From Convolutriloba macropyga (taxonomy: Eukaryota): a stretch of DNA of 64,000 nt. Both the position numbers and the translations under genes were made by a program. The stretch covers positions 47,988,001-48,052,000 of the forward strand of contig NC_134481.1 of assembly GCF_964194025.1 (NCBI RefSeq), read 5' to 3'. Below, in pieces: positions 46,690 to 60,469 of the stretch. The first letter of the stretch is position 1. Each line of letters opens with the position of its first letter. The notes below the pieces were generated by a model. That model worked only from the letters and a program-made list of their open reading frames with translations. It searched no databases and had not been told where the DNA came from.

Positions 46690-49600
46690 TCATATTTAAA
46701 CTAAGATTAAATTAGTAGTTCCAACTGTATGCTCGTTGTTTGAGGTTGTTTTGTGAGGATCTTGGCTTGTTGTTGGCTGAGTGCAATATCGTCCATGACT
46801 GTGGTGTTGTTTTCTGTGTTCGTAATGTCGGTGTCGTTGATTTAGATGATTTTTTTTTGGAAAATAGTGAAACGATGACTTGTTGTGTTTCCACAAATTC
46901 ATTACTGCTTTTTCTATTTTTGGCGTTGGTTTAAGTGAAGCGAAATTTTTTTCAGCTGGTTCGGAAATGGTGTCTATATCATCTTGTGTTGTGTTTACCG
47001 GGGGACTATCCGGTGATATGCACATGAATAACTCTCCAGAAAATTGCTAGCAGTTATTTGTTGATTTGGGTTGGAGTAGCTGTCTACGTTGCATTTTTTA
47101 TTGAAGCTGATTCTTGCACATTTCTTGTGTTCCATTGTAAAAAGTATCCATTTTCTTTAGTATTTTGCAATGCTGCTACTTTAGATTTGTTCTCTAAAAC
47201 TTCTCCCGGGCTTTTTTCTTTGGGTCTTTTGGTCTTTTCTTCGTTTTCCCCCTTCTTTTTTCAACAAGTTGGTGGCTGATTTTAATATTGGAGTACTGAT
47301 GGGCTTGGGTTTTTTGTGTGCTTTTTATTTGATTCTTGGATGCCAATTTCTGAACCTGCGCTTGGCTCCAATTTCTTTTGGAGAGACTCTTTGGCGGCCC
47401 TGGATTTTTCTTCTGTGCCTCTTCTAAACATATTTTTTTGTTTTTTCTTGATTTTTTTTAAATATTCGCCAGTTGTTTTGAATGCGACCATATGTATTAA
47501 ACTCGGTTTTCTTTCTGTTACCGCTGCTAGATCCTTTTTTATGAACGTGTTTTTTCTTAGTTATGTAACAATGGTGATTGTTTGGGGTGGAAATTTTGTG
47601 ATTGTTTCTTCTTTTACAACGTTCCATTGTGGTGATAGTGTGTGACGTGGTTCCTTAGTTTTTCGTGCTAATGATTTTCGTGCTAACTTTTTTTGTTTTT
47701 TTTTTGTTAATTTAGGTGTTTTGTCTCCTATAGTGAAATTCATTTGTGAAGGGTATCACTTACGTGGAGAGTTTCTGATTATTGGAATTTATCGCTAAAC
47801 ACAACTTCTCGAAGTCGTCACTCTCGCTGTCCTCTAACGGTGGCGTGTTGCCAATTGTTTGGGAAATTTCAGCTTGAGGTTCTTCTTGGTACCTTTTGTC
47901 GAGATTGTCCCCCTGTTATAAGTCTCCTCTTCAGATCTGCTCTGACGTGAGTGCCTCCTGTTGCTTAAGATATTCTTGTTTAAACAGTTTTATATGAAGT
48001 TTTTGAATGAGAAATTGAGATTTAAAGGTTTAAATTTGTTGGTTTTTCTGCTTGTGGTCGTCAAAGGTTGCGATTTTTGTTGTTGCGTTGGGAGTGAGTT
48101 TTATCTTTTGTATTTCATTTGTTAAGCGGTTGCTTAATGTTTCATTTACCCAATTGGGATCTTTATCCAATACTGCCATTCTTCTTTTTATTATTCGTTT
48201 CACCATTGTTTCTACCATTCCCGTTCCTCTGTAGTCTTCGGCTGCTGCAAATAATAATTTACTTCTTTTGTTTGGACAGCTTAATTCAAATCTTTTCCCT
48301 TTGATTGATTGCGCTTGGTCGGACTATATGGAACATGGTATACCGTGCAGTTTGCAGTAGCTTTCTAATTTCTCGATTGCAGTATTTGTTTTACAGTTAT
48401 TATAAGTTTCTTCAAGTGGAAACGTTGATAATCTGTCTACTTTGACTAATATGTATTTACTTAGTGTACTGTTTTTTTATTTGTTAAAAGGAGCAACGAA
48501 ATCCATTTGGATCTCTTCATTCGGTTCTCTTAGTTTAAGTAATGATCCTAAAATTTTTTGGTTATTACTGTTTCAGATTTTTATCTCTATCGATGCGGTG
48601 TCTGCAACTTTGCGTGTTTTTTTTGGAAGGAAAATGAGGGTGCCAAACAAGTTTGGCCAACGCCAAGATTCCAGCCTGTCCGGGGTGTTCATTAAGGATT
48701 TTCCGTGACTCCATAGGTTAAAATTGTGATACAATTACAATCTTAATGTTGTATAACAGACTTTCGGCGGGAGTAACTAATAGCTCTCTGTGTATTCTGT
48801 AATAGATTAGGTTATTTTGGTTTAAAAGTAATCCAATCTTTCCTTTTAACCAAGTCAATAATCGGTAGTAAGTACTTTTTTGAATTTTTGGTTGGGAATT
48901 CTCCGTTGAAAACTGCACTTAGATTTTCACAATATTCGGTTGGTGGGGCTTAGTCGAAGGATGGGAACAAATTACGGTGTTTTTCCTCTTGAATTAACCT
49001 AATTCTATTTACTTGTATGAATCTGGATCTGTTTGTGTGCTCGTGTCTTGTCATAATTTTGGAGCATTTGGTTCGTTCTGCTAACCCATTTGGTTGTGTT
49101 TCTTGTTTGTTGCTGTTTTCTCATTTGTATTTTATAACAAAATTCTTTTTGTGAGGATTTTGTATTGTGTTTTTACGAATGAATTTCGAGTTAAATTGTG
49201 GAGTTAAGTTTTCTCAGTGGTGTTTTTAAAGAAACCAGTTGTTTATTAAAACGACTAAAGCTAAAAGCGGTTTTTATTTTTCTTGTGTTTTTATTTGCGT
49301 TATTGACGTCATTTCGTTCGATTTCTGTGCTGCTTACCGATTGATTGCGGGAACCGGTTGATATATTATTAACAGTTGGTTTTAAATCGTGTTTAGGAAG
49401 TGAATGCATTGTCTCTTGAATTCTATTGATAACAAAGTTCTCATCAACTTGGCTTTGTGGTACGGGGTCTCCAGATTGATTTCTACTAAGGTATTCAGCA
49501 AAGCCCGTGTTTCTTCCTGGTATATGTTCTGTTTTGAGAGTGAATGGCAGCAGTCTGTCTACCCGTTCTGTTATTTGCTCTGATTTGTTCGATTTATTCT

Positions 49601-52600
49601 ATTTTTTATAATGCTGAAAGTAAAGTTTGATGGTCAGTTTGCATGGTAAATTGATTTCTGTATATGTAGTATTTGAAAAGCTCTAGTGCCCATACAGTTG
49701 CAAGCAATTCTGATTCATTGGTGCTATGTCTTCCTTCTGATTTTTTAAAGAAGCTGCTTGCGTACGCTACTGGTTTCCAGATGAAGTCGTGTTTATGACC
49801 AAGACATACTCTTCAGCCTTTTTTCTTGCTCCCTTTTTAATCTAGATTTCATATTTATGCCTATTTTTACAGTTTTGATTTTTTACTCTGATTACTACTG
49901 GGCTGATGAAGTGTTCGTCTGAGAATTTCTCTAGTATAATTATTTGTTTTTCGTCATTCAGTTTCTCCAGCTCTTTTTCTACTCCTTGGAGTAGATTTAA
50001 CGGCACACTCCTCTTTTTATGTTGAGTACGCATGATTTTTTGAACGACTTAATCTAAAAATAATGGCGGATAGTTTTTGAATATCCATTTTATTTTATTT
50101 TGTTTGATGGTCGTATTATACGTAATCAATTGTCTTTGTCTTCCAGCTGGTTTGGAGGCTGTTAATCTGATTGCCGGTTTGTGTAGTATGTCTCTCCCCA
50201 TTATATTTTGTCACTGGTGGTTAACTGAAAAAGTTTTTTAACACTCCTTTTATTTGTATATTTTGATTGTTGAAGCATTTGTGTTTCATTTATATCTTTA
50301 ATTGTTGTTATTCGTGCTGCTGAAGTTTTTGTCGATTCTTCCACGTATGGTCTTGGTGATCTGTTGTCTCCAATTGAATTGGATGTTGCTGTTTTGTGTA
50401 ATTTTGAGCAAAAACTCTTTTCCGTTTTCTTTGTTCATCGCAAGTTCTTTACTTCTTTGAGCATTGATGGTTTTACTATTCCTATAGTGGCCCAACCTTC
50501 CAACACTTCTTTTTTATAGAGAGCTGCTGTCGCGTCTGCTGCAATTAGATTTTCACAATATTCGGGTGGTGGGGCTTAGTCGAAGGATGGGAACAAATTA
50601 CGGTGTTTTTCCTCTTGAATTAACCTAATTCTATTTACTTGTATGAATCTGGATCTGTTTGTGTGCTCGTGTCTTGTCACAATTTTGGAGAATTTGGTTC
50701 GTTCTGCTAACCCATTTGGTTGTGTTTCTTGTTTGTTGCTGTTTTCTCATTTGTATTTTATAACAAAATTCTTTTTGTGAGGATTTTGTATTGTGGTATT
50801 ACGAATGAATTTCGAGTTAAATTGTGGAGTTAAGTTTTCTCAGTGGTGTTTTTAAAGAAACCAGTTGTTTATTAAAACGACTAAAGCTAAAAGCGGTTTT
50901 TATTTTTCTTGTGTTTTTATTTGCGTTATTGACGTCATTTCGTTCGATTTCTGTGCTGCTTACCGATTGATTGCGGGAACCGGTTGATATATTATTAACA
51001 GTTGGTTTTAAATCGTGTTTAAGAAGTGAATGCATTGTCTCTTGAATTCTATTGATAACAAAGTTCTCATCAACTTGGCTTTGTGGTACGGGGTCTCCAG
51101 ATTGATTTCTACTAAGGTAATCAGCAAAGCCCGTGTTTCTTCCTGGTATATGTTCTGTTTTGAGAGTGAATGGCAGCAGTCTGTCTACCCGTTCTGTTAT
51201 TTGCTCTGATTTGTTCGATTTATTCTATTTTTTATAATGCTGAAAGTAAAGTTTGATGGTCAGTTTGCATGGTAAATTGGTTTCTGTATATGTAGTATTT
51301 AAAAAGCTCTAGTGCCCATACAGTTGCAAGCAATTCTGATTCATTGGTGCTATGTCTTCCTTCTGATTTTTTAAAGAAGCTGCTTGCGTACGCTACTGGT
51401 TTCCAGATGAAGTCGTGTTTATGACCAAGACATACTCTTCAGCCTTTTTTCTTGCTCCCTTTTTAATCTAGATTTCATATTTATGCCTATTTTTACAGTT
51501 TTGATTTTTTACTCTGATTACTACTGGGCTGATGAAGTGTTCGTCTGAGAATTTCTCTAGTATAATTATTTGTTTTTCGTCAATCAGTTTCTCCAGCTCT
51601 TTTTCTACTCCTTGGAGTAGATTTAACGGCACACTCCTATTTTTATGTTGAGTACGCATGATTTTTTGAACGACTTAATCTAAAAATAATGGCGGATAGT
51701 TTTTGAATATCCATTTTATTTTATTTTGTTTGATGGTTGTATTATACGTAATCAATTGTCTTTGTCTTCCAGCTGGTTTGGAGGCTGTTAATCTGATTGC
51801 CGGTTTGTAGAGTATGTCTCTCCCCATTATATTTTGTCACTGGTGGTTAACTGAAAAAGTTTTTTAACACTGCTTTTATTTGTATATTTTGATTGTTGAA
51901 GCATTTGTGTTTCATTTATATCTTTAATTGTTGTTATTCGTGCTGCTGAAGTTTTTGTCGATTCTTCCACGTATGGTCTTGGTGATCTGTTGTCTCCAAT
52001 TGAATTGGATGTTACTGTTTTGTGTAATTTTGAGCAAAAACTCTCCTCCGTTTTGTTTGTTCATCGCAAGTTCTTTACTTCTTTGAGCATTGATGGTTTT
52101 ACTATTCCTATAGTTGCCCAACCTTCTAAAAGTTCTTTTTTATAGAGAGCTGCTGTCGCGTCTACTGATTCCTTTTTTGGTTCCTCTGTCTCTTCTGCTT
52201 CTTGTTCTTACTCTTCTGGTGTGTGCTTGAAATTAGGTTGGTTGGCTTTTTATTTCTAATTTCTTGAGTGTATGTGCTCGGCCTTCTCTTTCTGGCATTA
52301 GTCTTTTGCACATTGAAAAAAACTGCATTACTTTTTCACAAACATCACATGTACAACTTTGTGCTATGCAGTTTCGGAGATGATTTTTTATGGTTGTCCG
52401 CATTTGTAGCATGGTTCAGTTTGTTCCGTTGAAGATGTTGGACCTGGTTCGATTTTGATGTATGATACTTGAGACCATTTGCTCTTGCTTGAGTGTGCTC
52501 TGATGATTTCCTGCTGGTTGACTTGTCCTCTTTCTCTGTTTACTGCAAAATTTAGCACTTGCTCTGGCGTGCGAACTTCCAATAACTGACCCATTTGTAT

Positions 52601-53867
52601 TGAAGTGTTGGTCATGCTTGAAATTTATAAACCTTAACCAGCTCCTTCCATTATATTGAATTTATAATCTAAGCCTGCTTTTCTCATCTCGGTATGGAGT
52701 GTTTCTTGTGATTCGAGTGGTTTTTGCATAGGTTTGAAAAAATTGAATCTGTCGAATGTTATATTTCCGGGGATTCTGAATGGGATGCTAAATTCGTCTA
52801 CAAACAAATGTCTGTGCATTTCACTAAGTTTTTGTGGGTTTTTTATGGTGATATATGCTTGCTTCAAATCCTAAAGATAGGTATCTTAAACTCTTTGACT
52901 TGGTGTCCGCTCGTTCCCACGGTATTATGTCCACTAACTCGCTCTTTCTTTCTATTGCATTGCACTCATTTTCAAAAGCCACTCTTCTCCTCTCATTTCT
53001 TTGTACCGCGTTCCTCGCTTCAAATTCGGTTTCGCCGTTGATTTCGTCTTTGAAGGTCAGCAATGTGGGATTTAAAATGTCTGCTGGAGATGGCTTTCAA
53101 CTTTAGTTAATTGTCTACTTCAATGTTGTCACGCGCCATTATTGGTATCTTTAGCGTGGCAAACAATTGTTTTGACTCTATCGGGGGATTTGCTCCCGAC
53201 TCCCAAAACGGGTTCACTACTAATAGAAGTTTTGCTGACTGCATCATGATAAGAATAGGAAATCTGTATACCAATTGGTGTTGGGTTTATTGTATATTTG
53301 TAAATGAAGAATTGTTATCTTCTACCGAATGATTTTAGTGGATTTTAGTAGGAGAGATATAGTGGGTTGTGAAGTGTTATCGTTGTTGGTGTAATCTGAT
53401 ATTGAAGTATTATGTCCTATTGAATCTCGAATAAAAGAGTAGTGTGCAATATCTTTAGTTAAACCACGGTGTGACTTTAGCATAATCGCTATCTTTCTCA
53501 TCTGCAAATATGCAGGACGCGCACACACTCAAACAAAAGCTTGACAGGTGGCAGTAAATGAACAACGGTAAACCACTTGGTAACAGACTATTTAGATGAA
53601 TAACTTTATATAACATAATAGTTATATTGTTTATGAGAAGACAGTATAAGTTCTCGGTTTCAGTTTTCAACTCCTGTNNNNNNNNNNNNNNNNNNNNNNN
53701 NNNNNNNNNNNNNNNNNNNNNNNNNNNNNNNNNNNNNNNNNNNNNNNNNNNNNNNNNNNNNNNNNNNNNNNNNNNNNNNNNNNNNNNNNNNNNNNNNNNN
53801 NNNNNNNNNNNNNNNNNNNNNNNNNNNNTATAAATACTTATATTATTCCAGACGAGCATTGCTCCCA
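46690..53867 (-). mobile_element. Decayed Ty3/Gypsy element (gag, partial RT, RNase H, integrase remnants, candidate 5' LTR)
   Basis: gag PFWESGANPPIE.., ERGQVNQQEI..CYKCGQP; RT start VPLNLLQGVEKELEKL..FISPVVI; RH WKPVAYAS.F; integrase EIQMDFVAP, GMVETMVKRIIKRR; PBS-like TGGTATACAG (53273-53264); candidate LTR 53276-53867 (TG..CA). Confidence 0.8.
48917..52165. repeat. Tandem duplication, unit ~1626 bp, inside the decayed Gypsy
   Basis: Duplicated ORF pairs 49191/50817, 49842/51468 and 50298/51924, each offset by 1626. Confidence 0.96.
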
Positions 53868-56485
53868 CTCTTAGCTGTTTGTCATTGGTTTTTTTCGAGC
53901 TACTGTTCCGTTATTCTCAGTTGAATTTTCAACTGTGCCATTTTTATGTTGATTTTCGATGCAACTCGTTCCTGATCATTATCTGAAAATTAAAATAGTT
54001 ATGATTAAGTGACTCTTGGACGCAGTGCTATAAATTTTGCTGATTGAAAGGAAACTGAACAAGACAAAAATGATCATTCTCTATGCGAGAAATTCGGAGG
54101 AAAACAGTTTAGTTTAGTTTTAAGTCTGAAAACGAAGAAATCACGACTATTTTTACGTCTGGAACAAAAAAATGGAAATGAGGACTATATTTTCATGTCT
54201 GGAACAAAAACGCGAAAATTACGACTCTTTCACAAACTGTAAATTAAAACATAAATTAAATGCTCAAATATTTTTAGAACAAACTAATTGAAGCTTTGTC
54301 TACCGTTATATTCTTATAAAAAGTATGAAATGAAATAAAACTTACATATGCGATTGCTTGCGTTCAATATAAACTCAACAGTTTCAAATTGAGCAGTTTT
54401 AAGATAACCGCTTTGAAGTTTTTTCATCAAGTATAGCGCGTTTTTTGTGCACTTTTTCCTGGATATCATCTAAAAATCTGAACCAATTCTGTTTTGCACA
54501 TCCAGCTTATTGGACACAAAATTATCTATTAAATTAGAAACTTGTTTTACTATTGAAATGAAATTTTAGGTAAAAGTTTTCGGCCCACTAAGCTGGCTGC
54601 GCAAAACAGAATAGGTTCGGATTTTCAGATGATGTCTAGGAAAGAACTTCACAAAAAATGCACTATACCTGATGAAAACTTCCAAAACCTCTAAACTCTT
54701 TGACTTGGTGTCCGCTCGTTCCCACGGTATTATGTCCACTAACTCGCTCTTTCTCTCTATTGCATTGCACTCATTTTCAAAAGCCACTCTTCTCCTCTCA
54801 TTTCTTTGTACCGTGTTCCTCGCTTCATGTTCGGTTTCGCCGTTGATTTCGTCTTCGAAGGTCAGCAATGTGGGATTTAAAATGTCTGCTGGAGATGGCT
54901 TTCAACTTTAGTTAAATGTCTACTTCAATGTTGTCACGCACCATTATTGGTATCCTTAGCGTGGCGAACAATTATTTCGACTCTATCGGGGGATTTGCTC
55001 CCGACTCCCAAAACGGGTTCACTACTAATAGAAGTTTTGCTGACTGCATCATGATAAGAATAGGAAATCTGTATACCAATTGGTGTTGGGTTTATTGTAT
55101 ATTTGTTAATGAAGAATTGTTATCTTCTACCGAATGATTTTAGTGGATTTTCGTAGGAGAGATGTAGTGGGTTGTGAAGTGTTATCGTTGTTGGTGTAAT
55201 CTGATATTGAAGTATTATGTCCTATTGAATCTCGAAAAAAAGAGTAGTGTGCAATATCTTTAGTTAAACCACGGGGTGACTTTAGCATAATCGCTATCTT
55301 TCGCATCTGCAAATATGCAGAACGCGCACACACTCTAACAAAAGCTTGACAAGTGGCAGTAAATGAACAACGGTAAACCACTTGGTAACAGAATATTTAG
55401 ATGAATAAATTTATATAACATAATATTTATATTGTTTATAAGAAGACAGTATAAGTTCTCGGTTTCAGTTTTCAACTCCTGTATGTCAATCATTTTTGTT
55501 ATTAATATTATTATTATTTNNNNNNNNNNNNNNNNNNNNNNNNNNNNNNNNNNNNNNNNNNNNNNNNNNNNNNNNNNNNNNNNNNNNNNNNNNNNNNNNN
55601 NNNNNNNNNNNNNNNNNNNNNNNNNNNNNNNNNNNNNNNNNNNNNNNNNNNNNNNNNNNNNNNNNNNNNNNNNNTTATAAATAATTATATTATTCCAGAC
55701 GAGCATTGCTCCCACTCTTAGCTGTTTGTCATTGGTTTTTTTCGAGCTATTGTTCCGTTATTCTCAGTTGAATGTTCAACTGTGCCATTTTTAAGTTGAT
55801 TTCCGATGCAACTTGTTCCTGATCATTATCTGAAAATTAATATAGTTATGATTAAGTGACTCTTGGACGCAGTGCTATAAACTTTGCTAATTGAAAGGAA
55901 ACTGAACTAGACAAAAATTATCATACTCTATGCGAGAAATTCGGAGGAAAACAGTTTAGTTTTAAGTCTGAAAACGAAGAAATCACGACTATTTTTATTT
56001 CTGGAACAAAAACGCGGAAATTACGACTCTTTCACAAACTGTAAATTAAAACATAAATCAAATGCTCAAATTTTTTTAGAACAAACTAATTGAAGCTTCG
56101 TCTACCGGTATATTCTTATAAAAAGTATGAAACGAAATAAAACTTACATATGCGTTTGCTTGCGTTCAATATAAACTCAACAGTTTCATATTCAACAGTT
56201 TTAAGATAACCGCTCTGAAGTTTTCATCAAGTATAGCGCGTTTTTTGTGCACTTTTTTCCTGGATATCATCTAAAAATCTGAACCAATTCTGTTTTGCAC
56301 ATCCAGCTTAGTGGACACAAAATTATCTATTAAATTAGAAACCCGTTTTAGTATTGAAATAAAATTTTAGGTAAAAGTTTTCTGCCCACTAAGCTGGCTG
56401 CGCAAAACAGAATAGGTTCGGATTTTCAGATGATGTCCAGGAAAGAAGTTCACAAAAAATGCACTATACCTGATGAAAACCTCCA
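52887..56485. repeat. Tandem duplication, unit ~1.8 kb (gag 5' end + LTR + flank)
   Basis: taaactctttgacttggtgtccgc at ~52887 and ~54692; both units end gcactatacctgatgaaaac; each unit contains a gap at the same position. Confidence 0.93.
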
Positions 56486-56760
56486 AGCGGTTATCTTAAA
56501 ACTGTTGAATATGAAACTGTTGAGTTTCTATTGAACGCAAACGAACGCATGTGTAAGTTTTATTTCATTTGATATATTTCATAAGAATATACCGGTAGTC
56601 AAAGCTTCAATTAGTTTGTTCTGAAACAATTTGAGCACTTGATTTATGTGTAAATTTACAGTTTGTGAAATATTCGTCAGTTCAGCGTTTTTGTTCCAGA
56701 CATGAAAATATAGTCGTCATTTCCTCGTTTTTGTTCCAGACATAAAAATAGTCGTGAGTT
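55975..56760. mobile_element. Fold-back / MITE-like element with ~240-bp inverted arms
   Basis: gcgttcaatataaactcaacagtttcatattcaacagttttaagataaccgc (56162-56213) is the near-exact reverse complement of 56488-56539; the arms extend to the tctggaacaaaaacg / cgtttttgttccaga motifs. Confidence 0.8.
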
Positions 56761-57779
56761 CTTTTTTTGTTGCAGATATCAAAACTGATAGTTGAAAAGT
56801 CTGGTTGAAGCAACAAGGGGCTAAAATCTGGTTCGTACATATCAACTACCTATCATGACTTCCTTTCGTTTTTCCAATCTTTTGCTTCTCAATTTACGCT
56901 CTTCCCAAAGTTTGAAAACTGTCATCTATACAAAGGAAAAGAGGTTTGAAAGAATCCTAGAGCCAATAGAGGAAAAGTTCTGCTTTTATTTGTTATAGAA
57001 ATTTCACAGGAGCACACGAACTTTTTCACAGGAGCATCAGCAGAAAGAGCTTTTTTTTACTATTTAGTCCAGTTTTTGACCTAAGTTCGCATCACGTTAT
57101 AAAGCTTCGGTTGAACGAAAAGAAACAAAGAACTGAAGAAAATTGCAAGCTCTAATGATTGCGGGAAAACATTGGACGTCATGGACTGAAGTTCATTGCG
57201 ACATAAATTTGTGATACCCATGTCAAACCAATCCTTCATTGCTTTGCCCTTCAATTTGTACTAAATTTGACTTCTAATTTAGTTCATTTGCGTGTTTCCT
57301 TTAGTTGACCATAAGTAGTGTTTTCATTAATCATTTCAAATGCTCCTTCAATTGAGTCATGGTCTGTTGCGGAAGTCACATTTTAATTTGTTCTTCCAAC
57401 TTTAATTTTGTTTGCATGTTTTATTCTTTTTTGTCCCAAACTGATTTTAGTTTATTTCCTTAGATTTATTCTAATTTCATTCTGTTTTAATTTAATTTAA
57501 AAATCAATAATCAAAAATCTCTACAAGTCAGTTAGACAAAAAATTGGCTAAATTGAAGCTAAACAATTGACAGTAAATTGCCCGGCTGATTACAATAAAA
57601 TATTGTCACTAGATTCCGCTCCGCTAAATCAAACAAAATTATGAACAAAAACGGCTTTAAATTTAGAAGCAAAATTAAGCGTAGTTTTGCACCGTGAAAT
57701 CAATCAACTAAACTCAAAAAACAAATCCAGAATTCGCCTCGTGAGTTCAGCATAAATTGCAAACGCCGTGCTAGTGAGG

Positions 57780-59990
57780 ACATGTTGCAGTCAGCACACA
57801 GGGAGTCAGCATGTAACACGCCCCTCTCCATGTGATCTGTCTGGGAAAGGCAAACTTCAGAGACCCCAATCACATGGGAGAAGTGGAGAATTCAACACAA
57901 ATTCGCCATTCCAACTTGTGAAAATATTGCAAATGACACCACCTCGGTGAAAACCTAAGAGGTAAACCCACCGAAATGTCAGAAAAAGATTGAGACAGGA
58001 ATTTTATGTGACTGAAGACCTTTGACAATGTGCGAGAAGAAATGTGTCGCACTCCTATTGATAAGTATTAGAAAAGAGAGCACTAGAAATTTGACACAAA
58101 AAATTTCCCCATCAGGAAATTCATGACCTTACGAATCGACGCTCGTGAAAAATGCTCAAACAATCATTTTTTAGCACTCAAAACATCACTTTCGTCAAGT
58201 GATTTTGTTCTCAAGCAAGCAAAAAAAGGAGAAACATGGAACAAATCTATACAATTCTTAAAAAAATTGGCAGCAAATTGCCATTTCGAACCACACGGTT
58301 AAAAGGAGGTAATCAGAGAAGTTTTCATCACGAATATGTCCAATGCTGATATACAACCCGAACTGTTGCGAGATACAGTGGCACCCAAACGAGCGTTGAT
58401 TGCTGAGATAAACATTGAAATGGGTCAGAGAATTCAACAAAGCAATGCAACCAACAATTTTCAGGGTGTAAATGTGTTACAACAACAATAACGATTTTGA
58501 GGGGCGAATGCAACTCAATTAGAACGCGATCAAAACCCGAACAAGCGATGAGGCAATACCTCAAAAAATGACAGTTGTAACAACATATGCCGAAACTGTG
58601 GCCACAATTGAAGCTCTACTCACAGACCGAATTGTCCTGCAATCATTAAGAAATGCAACTATTGTGGTCAGAGGAATCAATTTGCAAAGGTGTGTCCTCG
58701 ACGTTTTCAAGAATTTAGAACAAGCGCCGCTTGCAGACAAGTGAATAAAGTTGAAAAAGAGAGTGAAACAGAAAAAACAGCAAATAAATTTGAAAATAAC
58801 GGGTCCCATTACAATTAGTCTAAGGATAAATTTGTTTCAATGATTTCGAACTTGACTTGAGTTTGATAGTCGGAAACACTGATTTCTCCCTTCTATCAAA
58901 TTCGGGCAGCACTTATTCATTTTGGAATCCCTCGTTGGCAAAGCCAATTATGTACAATCGAGTGATTGCAAAATGGTCCGAGAAGAAGATCAACGAATTA
59001 AGAACCTTTTCAAATGAAATAGTTGATACACATGAATATTTAAAAATACCTGATAAATAAAAAAGATTGGATTATCGGAAAAGCCAACTTTATCGCAGAA
59101 GCAGATGGCAGTCGTGCAATTCTCGGAAGAGGACTATTCGATAAACTTGGAGTTTGCATGACACAACAATAATTATAACAAAATAAATATAATTGCGGAA
59201 ACAACCAATGGACAATTGTGGAAGAAATAGCTGAAGAAAGGCTTAACAACGCATATCAGAAAACAAAAAAATCGGGTCGTGCCAAACTATAGAGCACTTC
59301 ATCGAAAAAAAGGAAAAGTATCCGTTCGCCTCCAACCAAAACTCAAAGTTCAACTAGAAAAACTGTTAGCTGAAGAACATCTAGAAAAACTGTCCACTTG
59401 TTGGGATCAAAAACTTGTTTCTCCAAAAATCTGATTCAAAAGTTCTTTATCAATCAAAACACAAACACAAATACCAAAAGCCAAACATACACTTAATGCT
59501 ACAAACGGTATCTCAAACACTTAGCTCTAACGCTCCTTATGAAACGGCTTGTTTTTAAGGAATGATTTCGCGGTACGCATACAGCGAAGTGAGCTTACAT
59601 CCCGAGACGGCCAGCCACTGTAACTTCGAAATAGTTAGTGGAGACATGACTGGCACAAACCGCTTTAAACAGGGTTCTACGGAATAATGGATATGCCCGC
59701 TCAGTTTCAAAAAGCCCTTGATTTTACACAAATTGGACTGGACAATACCTGTTTTCTGGACGATATCCTAAAAAATAGCAGACGAACTTATTAGAAAATA
59801 CGACACTGGCTAGAAAATGCTCTGGAAGACTAGATGAGGAACATCTTCTAATCGATCGGGTAAGTTAACACTTTGCTCAACAAAAAAAAAAACAAATTGT
59901 TGGCTCACAAAACTACAGCAACAGGTCTGGCACCACTGCATAATGAAATAGAAGCAATTCAGGTGCCAAAAATGCATTGCATAAAAAGTT
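57780..59990 (+). mobile_element. Highly decayed Gypsy element (gag, protease, RT remnants)
   Basis: LLSNSGSTYSF (protease D-S-G remnant), ILGRGLFDKLG, RYAYSEVSLHPETASHCNFEIVSG, GFYGIMDMPAQFQKALD, FLDDIL. Confidence 0.7.
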
Positions 59991-60469
59991 TTTGATACCC
60001 AGGTCTAACCATTCCCTTGAGTTCATTGTTCTGTGTTTTCATTAATATCCTCAAATTCTCGTTCAGCTGATATTGTTTTGCGGAAGTCACATTTTGTTAT
60101 CTTCTTCCGACTATAAATTTGTTTACAATATTTGTTCTTCCTTATCGTGAACTATTTTTAGTTGAATTCCGATGATTTAAACAATTTTTTTGGGTTCATT
60201 TTAATTTACAAATCTGTAATCAAAAAGTCTTTTCAAACCAGCGAGGCAAACTTAGCTAAATTTAAGCTAGACAATTGACAGTAAAGTGCCAGTAAAATTC
60301 TGTCCCTTGATTCCGCTCCGCTAAATCAAGCAAAGTTTTGTACCAAAACAGTATTAAATTCTTAAACAAAATAAAACGTAATTTTGCACCGCGAAGTCAA
60401 TCAAATACACTTAAAACACAAATCCAGAATTCGGCGATCGATTTCAGTATTCATAGCAACAGCTTTGCT

